64,000 bases of DNA from assembly GCA_030770535.1 (NCBI GenBank), contig JASVEC010000010.1, positions 620,001 to 684,000 on the forward strand. Reading direction: 5' to 3'. The notes below the pieces were generated by a model. It searched no databases. It was not told where the DNA came from and saw only the letters and a program-made list of their open reading frames with translations. The position numbers were made by a program, and so were the translations under genes. The DNA is from Batkoa obscura. Lineage: Eukaryota. Shown piece by piece: positions 51,914 to 64,000 of this stretch (position 1 is its first letter; each line of letters begins with the position of its first letter).

Positions 51914-52991
51914 ATGGCTATTATCTATTCTTTAGTGGCAAGGGGCGCCGTTATTTTAAGTGAATTCGCTAGTAGTACGGGTAATTTTTCAAGTGGTAAG
52001 CATGTTTTGAGTTTTGAATGGAAGTCTGTTTTTTTTAATATGTTTATTAATGTTTAGTTACTCAAACAATATTGGAAAAGATACCAGAAGGGGATTCAAA
52101 GCTAACATATGTTTATGATAAGTAAGCAAAAAAATGAATAGTGGAAAAAATTATTTTATTAATATGTTTTAGATTTTTATTCCATTATATCTCTGAAAAA
52201 GGAGTTATCTTTCTATGTATGGCAGATGAAGAGTTTGGTTAGTTTTAACATGAATTTAGAGCGATAAAAGTATTAAATAAGTAATTAGGGAGGAGAATAC
52301 CATTCGCATTTTTAGAAGATATTAAAAACTTATTTTTTAAAAGTTATACTAAAGAGTTTTATGAGTCAGTGCCCATCTATGGTATCAACGAGTTTTCAAA
52401 GGTTCTAAAGTCAAAGATGGTATATTTTTTTATGCTTCTTGTTGTAATTATTTATTTGGCTTTAGGAATTTTACTCTAATGACCCTTCCGCAGATAAATT
52501 TAAACAAGTCAAAGGCGAAATTGCTGGGGTAAAGGATGTTATGGTACAGAATATAGGTAACGATGAGTAGTTTTGTATATAGGTTTTGTAAGTTTAATCT
52601 GTATTCTAGAAAGGGTATTGGAAAGAGGAGAAAGAATTGATATCCTTGTTGATAAAACGGATAATTTAAATCAAACCTCATTTGCATTCCGTAAACGTAG
52701 TACAGCATTAAGAGTGAGTTTTATTTTCTTTATTTAAGTTTACTTTTAACTTTTAAAATAGCGCTCTTTATGGTGGAAAAATACACGCCTTAAGATTATG
52801 TTAGGGGCCTCTATAATGGTACTTTTATTTACTTTTGTAAATTTTTGGCTAATTTTAAACTAGTTTATTTTGTATATTATTGCCTGCTCGATCTGTGGTT
52901 TTCCAAGTAATTTTATTTTTATTACTGATATTATTAGGTTTTTAAACATTTTATGCTTTTAGTGATTGATCAATGCTTACACCCTCAGTAA
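51914..52991 (+). CDS. VAMP7: Longin R-SNARE VAMP7, multi-exon
   Basis: MAIIYSLVARGAVILSEFASSTGNF, KLTYVYD, LCMADEEFGRRIPFAFL, VKDVMVQNIERVLERGERIDILVDKT, LWWKN, TM helix, ICGFP. Confidence 0.92.
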
Positions 52992-53254
52992 CATAGTATA
53001 TATCATACTAAATTCTTTATAGTCATGACATTGATATTAAAGCTATTTATTATAAATTATAAATTAATTTTAGTTTTCGTAATTAGAAATATTATAATAA
53101 ATTTGAAATAAACTTAAGAATCCTCAAATAAATTACATGGTATAATGAAATTATTAATGATAAATTGGTTCAAAGCATTAAGACAAAAAAAAGAGTTATA
53201 TTAAAAAAATACTATACTTATAAATTAACATTGAATTTAATAGTCAAGATTAAG

Positions 53255-54292
53255 TTATTTAGCACCACCACGCTTATTCTTTGCTAGTTCTTTATTCTCT
53301 TCTTCGATTTCAGCTACTATTTTTTCAATATCTTCATTACTTACAACCTAAAAACAAGTTAATTTCACTTTGACTAAGATTAAATCATTCAATTACATTA
53401 AGGGAGTAGTCTGGAGATAATACAGCGATTTCTAAATTATTGGATCCTGCTTGAACAATCTATAAAATTAATTAATTAAATAAATTAAAACTTAATGATA
53501 GTTACTTCTAATAAAGATTTAACTGCTAATTTAATAGCAGCATCTTTTTCCAAATTTTCTTCATAATTTTTTTCCAAAAACTCTTTGACTGATTTTGATG
53601 AACGTCCAATAGCATTAGCCTATATCAATATTTAGTTCAATCAGATTTAAATCTGTTTAAGCCTTACCTTCCAAGAGGTATGGATACCAGCAGGGTCAGT
53701 TTGGTATAAACGTGGGGTACCATCAGGATCGAAACCTCCAATTAAGGTAGAGATACCGAATGGTCTTTTACCACCTGAAGAAGTATATTTCTACAAAATT
53801 TTTAAAATTTTAAACAAAATATAGTATAAATCTCAATTACTTGTTGAACCCCAGCTAAATAACGAGATATGTATTCTACGGTTACTGGATCTTCAACAGT
53901 TAATCGATAACTTTGACACTCAAGTCTAGCTTTATCTATAAGTACACGTGCATCGGCAGTCAAACCTTAGAAAGGAATTATAATCATTGACATTTAATAT
54001 TAAATTAAATCTTACCAGCAAACACCAAACAGATATGTTCATCAATCTTAGCTAATTTGCGTACTGTTCTTGGGTCTTGTAATTTTAAGATAGCTTTTTT
54101 TTCAACGCCTAAAATAATAGCGTCTTTACCACGTACACCTACCTATATAAAAATCAATCCATAGCTCATAACCATTAGTATATAGCTTACTGCACAAGAA
54201 CCTTTATTGACTGCTTCTAATGCATATTCTACTTGAAATAAATGACCATCTGGTGAAAAGACTGTTAATGCTCGATCATATCCTCCTGACAT
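53255..54292 (-). CDS. PRE6: 20S proteasome subunit alpha-4 (PSMA7), multi-exon
   Basis: [75 protein letters not shown]. Confidence 0.95.
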
Positions 54293-54639
54293 TCTGGTAT
54301 TTTTTTTTGAAATATAAAAATAAACAACTAATTTTTTTTATAACTTTAACACTAAGCTTTTTATTGGCTGCTTACGTCACTTAGATTTGAATTTTTGCAA
54401 TTTTTCTTAGAAATATTGCTTAAAATATATATTTCTTGAAAATTAATGTTATTGATGGGATTTTTAGACTAAAAATAGACTAGTTATTTATCATGAATAC
54501 TTTAAATACAATTGTTAAATAGATAAATTATTCATTATATTAATAAACAAATGCTATAGCAATAAAAACACTAATAGTTTTCAATTGCTTAATAAATTGT
54601 AAGCTCAATAGAAATTAAATAAAGTGGAGTCAAACTGGA

Positions 54640-54890
54640 AACCAATCAAACACTTATAAATTAAAAATTTAACCCACTAAAGCTTGATTACATTTAAACA
54701 AAAATTAGCTTTGACTGAAATGATAAAACCATTAATTTATTAATCATATAAAACTAGCGCCAAATTAGAGCCAATGATTTTCGAGGCTTCTCGATTGAAT
54801 ACCAATAAAATCCACAATATCTAACATACCTCCGACAACCAATGAAGCCCAATCAATTCTCAATTATAATTGGCTGCTTAAACCAATAAG
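54640..54890. promoter_or_regulatory. CCAAT-box cluster in the PRE6/RDI1 divergent promoter
   Basis: CCAAT at 54642, 54771, 54802, 54839, 54849 and 54883; ATTGG at 54869. Confidence 0.6.
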
Positions 54891-54997
54891 AACACCTAAG
54901 CATAAGTTACCGTTGAAGTTCCAAGTATAAATAATAGCTGTATGAAATTCCATTTTTTAGTGCTTGCTAATAACTTTAAAGAAATTATATATATAAC

Positions 54998-56012
54998 ATG
55001 GCTGAACGTGATGAATTGATGCCCACTGAAACCGAAGGTTACAAAGTTGGTGAAAAAAAAACAATTGAAGAGTTACAAAACCTTGACGCTGAAGATGAAT
55101 CTTTGGCTAAATGGAAAGCTTCTTTAGGTTTAGCTGCAGCTGGTAGTGGTAAGTTTTTGAGGCTCGTTTTTATGTAATTGAGTGTTCATTATTTTCTTTT
55201 TTAGCTGCATCACCTGCTGATGATCCTAGAAAGGTAAATTATTTTTTATCTGTCTTGGTTTGTAAATTAATGCTTTTTTAGGTTGTTGTTTTACAATTAG
55301 CTATGGAAGTTGAAGGTCGTCCAGATGTTTTAATGGATCTTTCTTCACCTGGTAAATTTATTTCGTTATAAATAGATTCGAATTAATGGTAATAAAACAT
55401 TATTAGCATCAATCCAAAGAGTTAAAGAGACTCCAATTACTATAAAGGAAGGTATTGATTATCGTATGAAGATTAAATTTAAGTGAGATTATTATCTTAA
55501 AGATTTATTATTATTTATTCATTGGTTTATTTAGAGTTCAACATGAAGTTATTTCTGGATTAAGATATATTCAAGTGGTTAAAAAGCTTGGTATTCCAGG
55601 TAGGATTATATTTTAGTTTTAAATAAAACTATTTATACTAAACTACAAATTTAGTTGATAGAATGGAAGAGATGCTTGGAAGTTATGGACCTAACGCAGA
55701 AGCTTATGAAAAAACAGTAAGTTTTAATTTAAACTTTAAAGTGTAAAATTTATCAATACATCTTCTTAGTTCCCTACTGAACAGGCTCCAAGTGGTTTCC
55801 TTTATCGCTCTACTTATGCTGTTAAGGTAAGATTTAAATTTAAAATTACTATTGTAATGTTTTATTAATATTCTAAATTAGAGTCGATTCATTGATGATG
55901 ATAAAAACGTCCATTTAGAATGGGAATGGGTAATTTAATTATATAATAATAATAATAAGTTATTAATACGGTTATTTCAATATAGCAATTTAAGATTGAA
56001 AAAGATTGGTAA
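54998..56012 (+). CDS. RDI1: Rho GDP-dissociation inhibitor, 9 exons
   Basis: TEGYKVGEKKTIEE..LDAEDESLAKWKASLG, TIKEG, VQHEVISGLRY, EEMLGSYGP, APSG, FIDDD..HLEWEWQFKIEKDW. Confidence 0.95.
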
Positions 56013-56636
56013 ATAGGACACCAAATCATAATAAGAATTAATATTTTTATTTTCGCTCTCATCCTCACTTTTTGATTTAAGAATAAACAATTATTAACTA
56101 AATTTTATACTTCGTCTTTTTATTATATATTAAATTTATTATTATTTGTTATTCGAGCATACCTAATATTTTATTTTGATATTTGTGTATTAAGATAAAA
56201 AATGACAATTCAATTTGTCAAACTAATTTTAAAATTGAAATAAAGAATGTTCTTGATTAAATGAATTTACTTATTCACACCAAAATCTGTAATATTATTA
56301 TACTAAGTCGAATAACAGTGAGATTGTTAATAAAAAAAGCAATCAAACTAAACAAAAATAAAGAGCAGTAGTATTCAATAGGGATATTTTGTATTGGATG
56401 ATATAATTATAAACCTATACAACAGTTTGGGTTTTAAAATGAAAATATTACTTGAATCAAGTAATATATATTAAGATTTATGAATAAGTATAAAGATGTG
56501 ATCGATTTACCCAACCGTTTATACATTTTCCATGACTATTATTGATTGAGCAAATAACTTGTCTTCACATGGGCTCACAAATCCAAATCTACATTATTTA
56601 AAAATTTTACAAATTGATTGCATTATAATATTAACT

Positions 56637-56739
56637 AAATGGGGATGTTTTTTTTGGTTTCATCACTTTTTCCATTATTTAAACGCTATTTGAGCGGAAA
56701 GGTTGTTGGCGAAATCCAAACAAAAAAATACCTTCAAAT
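56637..56739 (+). mobile_element. MITE copy with AAAT direct flanks
   Basis: AAAT-GGGGATGTTTTTTTTGGTTTCATCAC...AAAAAAATACCTTC-AAAT. Confidence 0.85.
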
Positions 56740-58132
56740 CTTATTTATATTAATACTATTAAAGCTAAGAAGTTGATAATATTAAAAGCTAAAAAAATTA
56801 ATATTTTTTACGATAAAAGGTTTTATTTTCAAATAGGTATTATGTTTTACTGAATTATAAAGGGATAATGATTATTATTTCCTCATTATTCCATATCTGG
56901 ATCAACTTATATATAGCTTAATTCAAATCCCTAACATATAATTTGAATAAATCTAAAGCAAATATTCTTAAATTGGAGTAGTTCTTATCTATCGATGAAC
57001 TCCTTCCTTGTCTCATAATACTCTCGCCTCAATCCTCCAATTCCGACTTACCCATTTTACTATTCTCTCCGTTGCTATCATAGATAGAACAATCGATAAC
57101 ACTGTATCTTTTAAGATTCAAGAAAAAATATTAGTTTAAATTACAATTATTTACTAAATAGTAAAGAACACGCTTTATTTAATAGCGGATATTTTTATTT
57201 ATGTAACATAGCAATAATTAAGGTAGTTCTAGCAATATTTAAACTAGACAAATTCACTTTTTAATTCAACTAGAAGAATAGGATACTTGTATGGATTTTG
57301 ATTAACATCGGATAAAACAAAAAAATGTATTAATATATAATGATATTAAGTCCAAATTGCTCTTGTTCCTTATTACAATATAATGCTATTGAGTGCAACG
57401 GGGTAGAATCATGTTATACTAGATGTATTATTCGTGCTTGTTTATCAAAAAGATGAAAAATTGCAGAATATGAAATATATCAAATGATATTTATAGACTT
57501 AATACAAATAATTTAAATTATATATTTTGAAAAACAAACCAAAATAAAGTACCTATTCTTCTGTCCTTGTCGCTTTTGTCATTTAACTCTGATGATACAT
57601 GTTTATATTATCTCATGATATTTTCTGATAATAACTATTGTAATAACTAATGATAAATTGAAATCTTACAATATCTTTTATTATGATATTATTATGCATA
57701 TCGTAATTTTATTAAAGTTTTAAACGTCATCAAAAGAAATTTTAATTACTTATTTAAGCTAGTAATTAACTAGTATGTATAATATACGTATTATATTGAT
57801 TAGTAGGATTATTTGATATTCAACGTTGTTTTTTTCTTTGGTGTCACTTTCATTATACAATATATGTTATAGAAGTCGAGTTTATTTTAGATGCTAAACT
57901 AATATTTCAATAATATATGAAACAAAAAGACCATATATAAAAACTAAGTTTAAATACATAAAAAGCTATAAAATAAAATTTTCAAGTTCTCTAAAAAACT
58001 CTAAAAATAGCCCTAGTTCCTAAAGGTGATTTCACCAAAGTTACTAGTTTAAAAATGAACAGAAAAAATTCTATATTTAAATTTTCTTATTCTTTTAATT
58101 ATTTAATTTCAGTGTAAGGGTCTTTGGATTCG

Positions 58133-61100
58133 ATGCTCTCAAGTAGCTCAATAAAAAACGCAATGAGTATCAACTTACATCCAGAGAATGAGCTTGAAAT
58201 TAGCAATGAAGTTGATTATTTTAAGGTAAAATTGGCCCAACTTACTTCTGTAGGAGAAACCTAACTATTTTTGAAAAATATAGAAATTTGAACTTGAGCT
58301 ACAAAAAAATCATTACAAACATGGACTTCAATTAGCAAGAAATAATAATGATAGAAAGAGAGACTCTTACAACTCTGGGAATCAAGTGAAGCTTGAAGGC
58401 ACAAAGAGGGCAGGGCGTCCAAGGAGTGCCACCATGCCAACCAATAAACTAGACTGGCTAAATTTAAACTTCGATCATTTTGTTAATGAGATGATAAAAA
58501 AACATACTTATACTTCACTGATATGGTATAAAGACTTAAAGCCAAAAGGTAGTTTATTGACGATATTAAATTTTAGGACTAATAGGGTTTTTAGAACATA
58601 AAGTTTATGTTGGTTATGACGAAGATTTTGGTCCTTTGTTTGTAACTTTATATTCTCAAGATAGTAGTCATGTAGTTTATTTATACTCTAATTGGGTATG
58701 ACTTATTAAATATAAAATATTAAATATTAAAAAAAGGATGAATTTAGGGTAGCTCCAAAGTGGTAGTTGATAATGCAATGATAACACCTTCAAGTGTTAA
58801 TATTACGCAGTCATTGACACCAAGAGCCTATAAAATTATCTTATTTTTAGCATTTGAAAAGTATTTGGAAGAACTTGAAAATCAACAGTTTAGCTTAAAG
58901 TCTTGGCAACAATCTATCGATTTCCTATCGCCGTGTTATGGGGACAATTTGTACAAGTTTGCTAATGATAAAAGAGGATATCAAAGAGATTTTTTGCAAG
59001 ATATTGATTCAAGCGTCACTTTATTTCAGTTAATTAAAAGTGATCTACCTAGATTTGTTGGACAGTTGGAATTGGTTGAAAATGAACAACTTGAAAGAAC
59101 CTTAAAAAATCTTGATAGAAAAATTGTATGTAGCTTTATTTTTATAAGTATAAATTTAATAAAAGAAATGATATTTTTAGATGCAAAAAAGTGTTACTGT
59201 TGATGTTATAATTCACCACTCTGGACTAAATAGAACAATGGGTAACTATTAATTTTTTTTAAATAGAATTTATAAATATTATTATAGAACAAAGAGATAC
59301 TTTCAATGCCTTTATTAAAATATGTGGCGAACCTTTAGTCCAAAACGGCTCTTCAATTACTCGTGAAGAGCTTATCAACCCAACTATCATTAGTGAAACA
59401 TCCGATGATCCGACTCAAGTAAATCTTATTTTAATTAATATTTGACTTATTTTATTCTTTAGCTTATTGCAAGAAGAAGAATCATCTTCCAGGAATTATT
59501 AGATTCTGAAACAAAATATGTTAATAAATTAAAGGCTATTGTTGAGGTAATAAAAAACACGAAATTATAGCAAATATCAACATTAACAATAGATTTATTA
59601 GGTATTTATCAAACCATTAAGAAATTTAGCTGACAAAGGAAGTAATTTAATACGTCATTATGATATTAAAGCTACCTTTCAATACATCGAAGATATCCTT
59701 GAAGTCAATCAAGCATTTTTATTGGACTTACAATCCTATGACCCAGAAACCTCAAATTTAGGGGAAATCTGTTTGAAACATGTATTATAATTATTTACTA
59801 CTAGTTAATATGACTTATTAATTCGTCACAGGCCAAAACATTTGAAATATATGAACCCTATATATCAGGGTATCGATATTCCTTAGAGTATAATGTTACA
59901 TTAGAACGTAAAAACAACTTTTATTATAATTTTGTTATGGTAAATTAATTATTATATAATTAAAATTAAAAATTAAAATTTTTATAAAGAAAGCAAGGGA
60001 TCACCCGGAATGTTTCAAATTGGCACTCAAAGATTTATTAGTTATGCCAGTACAAAGGGTGCCACGATACAATTTACTCTTTTCAGGTAATATAAACATA
60101 TTTAACTTTAACTTTAAACTCACTCTTTAAGATTATCTCCGATTTACGCCAAAGGATGATCCAGAATATGATGGACTATATAAAGCCTTAGTTAAAATCA
60201 ATGAAATAAGCTATTTAGCATCTCATCGATTATCTGAAAAAGCAGAAGAGCTCTCAAGGCTTTTATTTTCAATAGCAGATTGTCCAGTAACTTTTATACT
60301 AATTTTAAGTTTGAAAACCAAACTTACATTTATTTTAGCCTAAAATCATGAGTTCTTCAAGGCATTTCGTTACCCAATTTGATTGTATTGAAGCGGATAT
60401 CACCACACTTTCAGGCCAAGATAATATCACTTTATTTTTACTAAGTGATTGTTTGATCATTACTAAGCGTAATAAGGATAGTAGTAGTACTAAAAAGAAA
60501 TCGTTTCACTTTATTTCATGGATCGATCTAAATGGGTTAGAAGTTTTAGATGCTGAGCCCTATGGTAAGTTATAACTACAAAAAATTACATCATAAAATA
60601 TTTATTTTTATTTTAGGTAACATGCATGCACTTTATTTTAAAGGTTCGCTTGAATATAGTGAAGATTTATACTGGGATCATCAAGAGATTCATATGTTTT
60701 CAACTATAGATGCATCAGATAAAGCTAGATTTTATAATGAACTTGTTACTACTACTGCAATTTGTAAAGCAAAAAGTAAATCTAAAATAAGCTAATATTA
60801 TATATTTAAATTAACTTGTTTCAAAGAAAATGGAAGCTCATGTTATCATCATTCAATTAAAGATATTGATTTGTTTTTTAATATTTATAAACCTGAGTTG
60901 TACGAACAGAGTTTACATAAGGTAATTAAATTTTAGATATTTTGATTTTGATAATTTATTTTAAATAAAGAGTGATATTGCACTTCATTATGTTGAAGAT
61001 TCAGCAATAGCTATTCCTAGTTATTTTGAAAAAGCATCACCAGCTCTTGTTAGTGGAATGATAAAAGCAAGAGATTGTCGATTTAGGTAGAACAATTCAT

Positions 61101-61919
61101 AACAATAGTGATAGCAGTTTATTGATATTTGTTTAGTTGTTGTTTTAGAAGTCGACCTAAATGTGATAACATATTGGAACACATCCCAGAAGATTATCAA
61201 AGTTATTTTTTAAATGAAAGTAATTTATTAGAGGCCAACAATTTCCAGCTACCCTTTTTATTCCAAGATACTTTTTATCAGTCGAGTAAATTATTTTTAT
61301 TTTTATTTTTGCATACTGATTTAATATTTGTTTACTATTCTTTGTAGTTTTGCTTTATAAAATGGCACTTAAAACATGTCTTAACAACCAATTAAAACTA
61401 CAAACGTATCATCGAGTGCTATTAGAGAGTCTATATGGGCTTCATTTTCCAAACTCAAAGTCAAGCCATTATTATTTATCCAAGATTCGTACCTTTTCTC
61501 ACAAATTAAAAGGGGACAAATTCATTTTAGTATCTAACGGTTTAGCTAATGTTAATACCATTGTGCGTAAATTACCTTATAAACAAGCACAGCATCAACT
61601 TGGTACGAATAGTTCTGAACATTATCGTGAGTTAGGGACTAAAACTCGATCTTTAACTGATCCTTTAAGATCTTTTCCTTCAATGATGGATAAAATTTCA
61701 GCTACTGCTAGAAAGGTTACACCGACTAAAATTAAGATCCCTAAACCAGGAGTTGCTACACCTATGTTAAGTCCCATTTCACCACTGAGTCCAGTTATCT
61801 CTGTTAAGTCATCCAAAGAAAGTATGAAAGAACCCCAAAAAGAAACTAGTTCATCCGCAGGTCGTAAAAAGCGTAGTTCTTTTATTAAGGTTACTCGTTT
61901 CTTTTCTTGGAATAGATGA
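58133..61919 (+). CDS. DH-PH Rho guanine-nucleotide exchange factor with an N-terminal RapGAP-like remnant, multi-exon (start approximate)
   Basis: RRIIFQELLDSETKYVNKLKAIVEVFIKPLR, FQYIEDILEVNQAFL, LKDLLVMPVQRVPRYNLL (DH); LFLLSDCLIITK (PH). Confidence 0.85.
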
Positions 61920-62148
61920 AAATTAAGCTAACAAATTTTATTAAAAACTAATCTTGTGATATCTATTATGTTTTAACAGTCTAATAAAATTTTTAAATTA
62001 AAAATAAACTGAATAAAAAGTTTACTCTTTAATAATTAATTTGAAAGTTGAGCTGTAAAAGAATACATACAAGAGTAAACTATTCATTAGAGAACAAGGG
62101 ATAAGTAACAGCAAACAAAATAACATGGAAATAAATTACCCACTAAAA

Positions 62149-64000
62149 CTAATGGAATAGGTCAAATCGAACTTTGTTCTTGCTTTTAGAAAAGCAATTC
62201 AATACATCTTTTTCATTTTTAATTAATGTGTAGAACTTTTCATACTCATGGTTCAACGCTTTATCTTTAATTACTTTACTAAATGTTGGATTTTTACACA
62301 TATTTTTTGATACTAAGTAAAACAAGGCCAATGAAAACGTTACTTGTCCTGTAATCCAAGAACTCTGTTTAAGTGTAATGAAATGGTTAATTCCCAGGAT
62401 GATTGTTTTAGATATATGCTCTGGTTGATCATATTTGGGTATATGTCGAATAAGAAATAATAAGCATCTTGATACCAACCCTAATCGCATATTATAATGT
62501 GTATCCGTACCAATAACAATATCATATGTTATTACTTTGGCTGCTTCTTCAATAGCTAGTTTCATATACTTACTATGCAACTTATTCTTTTCCGGCTCTG
62601 TATTGGTTCTAAAATAAAGTACTAAAGAATAGACCCAATAAATACCATAAATGGAACGAAATAAGATAAAGTGAGCATGACGTTCCAAAATATGATGTAA
62701 CTCCTTAGGAGTACTTGCTTTGAGACATAAAAGTTTATTGGAATAATAGGTGCCTTTTTTACGTAAAATTTCTGTTACTTCATCGATGTGCTTATAAATC
62801 ACTGAAGGCATTAATTGTTGGTGCATTGCTTGAATCCGCCATAGATTGATTAAATTGAATGTTTCGCCTTGTTGACTAGTACTTTCTGCTGTTATTAAGC
62901 AGCAGTAATCAGAAACGGTCCATAAATTTAAATTCATTTTCATTGTTTTTAAATATTGTTTATATACTGCTTTTGTGCTCGCTGTCTTATATGGTTTTGC
63001 TCCATTAAGTGATACTAAACAAGGTACATCACACGACCAATTTAGTATATAGCTTAGATGAGTGATTGAGGTATAAGCCAATTTCCTTTCAAGTATCAAG
63101 TTACTATCTAAATGCGTTGGTGAGCCACGATGTAATCCAAGTGAATAGGACATATCTATAGCAACTGTATGAAGGTACCATAAACAAGATCTTACCCAAC
63201 CATAGGATTGTAAGCCTAAAGCGATGATAAGAAAAGCTTGTAAAGTATCAAATTGATTTAATGAATATTGTTTTTTAAACAAGCTATGTACTTTATACTC
63301 AAGGTATAGCTTTAAGGTGTTATTGAAAGTGTTGGATTCTAGATGAGATATACCAGAGAGATAAACAGAACACAAAACGAGTTCAGTTCTAGGTCTAGAA
63401 AAAAAGGATTTTTTTGTAAAGAGAGGTATGAAAGGGTTAACAAATTTAAAAAAAGCGTCGATACAATCCGAATAAATACCCTTAATAGTAGATGTATTAA
63501 AATTGGGTTCTTTAATCAATAATGGAACTTTATTTTTTATTTTTGTTATATTATCAAACTTTTTTATTACTTCCATAAAGATGATATCGTTATCACCATT
63601 ATCTTTTAAAGTTGGAAACTCAAATAATGCTAAAAAATTATTGATAATCCTTTTCCTCGGGAAGGAGTTAACAATGTTTAGAAATTCTTTAATTACTTGT
63701 GTTTCATCCGACACCACTTTAAAAAAAGTATGTTTAAAACTTGTTGGCTTCGTAATCAACTGGTTTAATTTATTCTGTTGATTTCCATTTTCTTTGGCAT
63801 CTTCTTTATAGTCTAATATAACAAACTCTTCTTTATTTTGTATCTTAAAACTATTGATATATCTTTCTACTTCTGGTTTGATCTTTTTATGTGTCTTTAA
63901 TGCCCGCTCATAATTACATTCAATATCCAAGTGTTCACATGATTTACAAATCGGTATATCTCTAGAGCATCCTAATCCTCTTTTTGCGCATTGATCACAA
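62149..64000 (-). CDS. Zn(II)2Cys6 transcription factor with a fungal-specific TF domain (5' end beyond the window)
   Basis: Frame continues to the window edge as CDQCAKRGLGCSRDIPICKSCEHLDIEC (6 Cys); FFKFVNPFIPLF, TLQAFLI, SLGLHR; intronless. Confidence 0.9.
   Translation of the reverse strand, partial: CDQCAKRGLGCSRDIPICKSCEHLDIECNYERALKTHKKIKPEVERYINSFKIQNKEEFVILDYKEDAKENGNQQNKLNQLITKPTSFKHTFFKVVSDETQVIKEFLNIVNSFPRKRIINNFLALFEFPTLKDNGDNDIIFMEVIKKFDNITKIKNKVPLLIKEPNFNTSTIKGIYSDCIDAFFKFVNPFIPLFTKKSFFSRPRTELVLCSVYLSGISHLESNTFNNTLKLYLEYKVHSLFKKQYSLNQFDTLQAFLIIALGLQSYGWVRSCLWYLHTVAIDMSYSLGLHRGSPTHLDSNLILERKLAYTSITHLSYILNWSCDVPCLVSLNGAKPYKTASTKAVYKQYLKTMKMNLNLWTVSDYCCLITAESTSQQGETFNLINLWRIQAMHQQLMPSVIYKHIDEVTEILRKKGTYYSNKLLCLKASTPKELHHILERHAHFILFRSIYGIYWVYSLVLYFRTNTEPEKNKLHSKYMKLAIEEAAKVITYDIVIGTDTHYNMRLGLVSRCLLFLIRHIPKYDQPEHISKTIILGINHFITLKQSSWITGQVTFSLALFYLVSKNMCKNPTFSKVIKDKALNHEYEKFYTLIKNEKDVLNCFSKSKNKVRFDLFH

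Noticed and set aside
56880..57120. Coding-like minus-strand fragments between RDI1 and the RhoGEF
   Set aside because: Interrupted by stops, with no identifiable homology.
1..64000. U12-type introns or a non-standard genetic code
   Set aside because: The introns I traced are GT-AG without the RTATCCTT donor, and conserved genes translate cleanly in the standard code.

Overview
AT-rich, gene-dense eukaryotic DNA with many short (about 45-70 nt) GT-AG introns. The gene content (Zn2Cys6 factor, Atg22, Rco1, Ifa38) indicates a fungus. Intron density and base composition suggest an early-diverging lineage such as Zoopagomycota, which is an inference only. I can support about 24 protein-coding genes, three tRNAs (Gln-CTG, Gly-GCC, Val-AAC) and a decayed intron-containing SR-protein pseudogene. 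Most genes are housekeeping: PPX1, dynein light chain, mito uL23, MAK5, CLPTM1, a CHY-finger protein, TatD, ARP4, NAT1, DNAJC3, IFA38, RidA, TBC1D13, RCO1, ATG22, a BAR-PH-ArfGAP, VAMP7, PRE6, RhoGDI, a RhoGEF and a Zn2Cys6 TF. The most striking non-coding structure is a ~97-bp MITE-like family (termini GGGGATG...CATCCCC, apparent 4-bp TSD) with 12 near-full copies and 2 fragments. Copies mostly occur as inverted pairs and often sit just 3' of genes. Other points of interest: a 59-aa secreted Gly-rich peptide gene below the ORF-track cutoff, a RapGAP-remnant/RhoGEF fusion, a secreted S9 pseudo-peptidase, a gene needing a 4-nt microexon, and a candidate H/ACA-like RNA. All gene models and family calls were read by eye, with no database searches.
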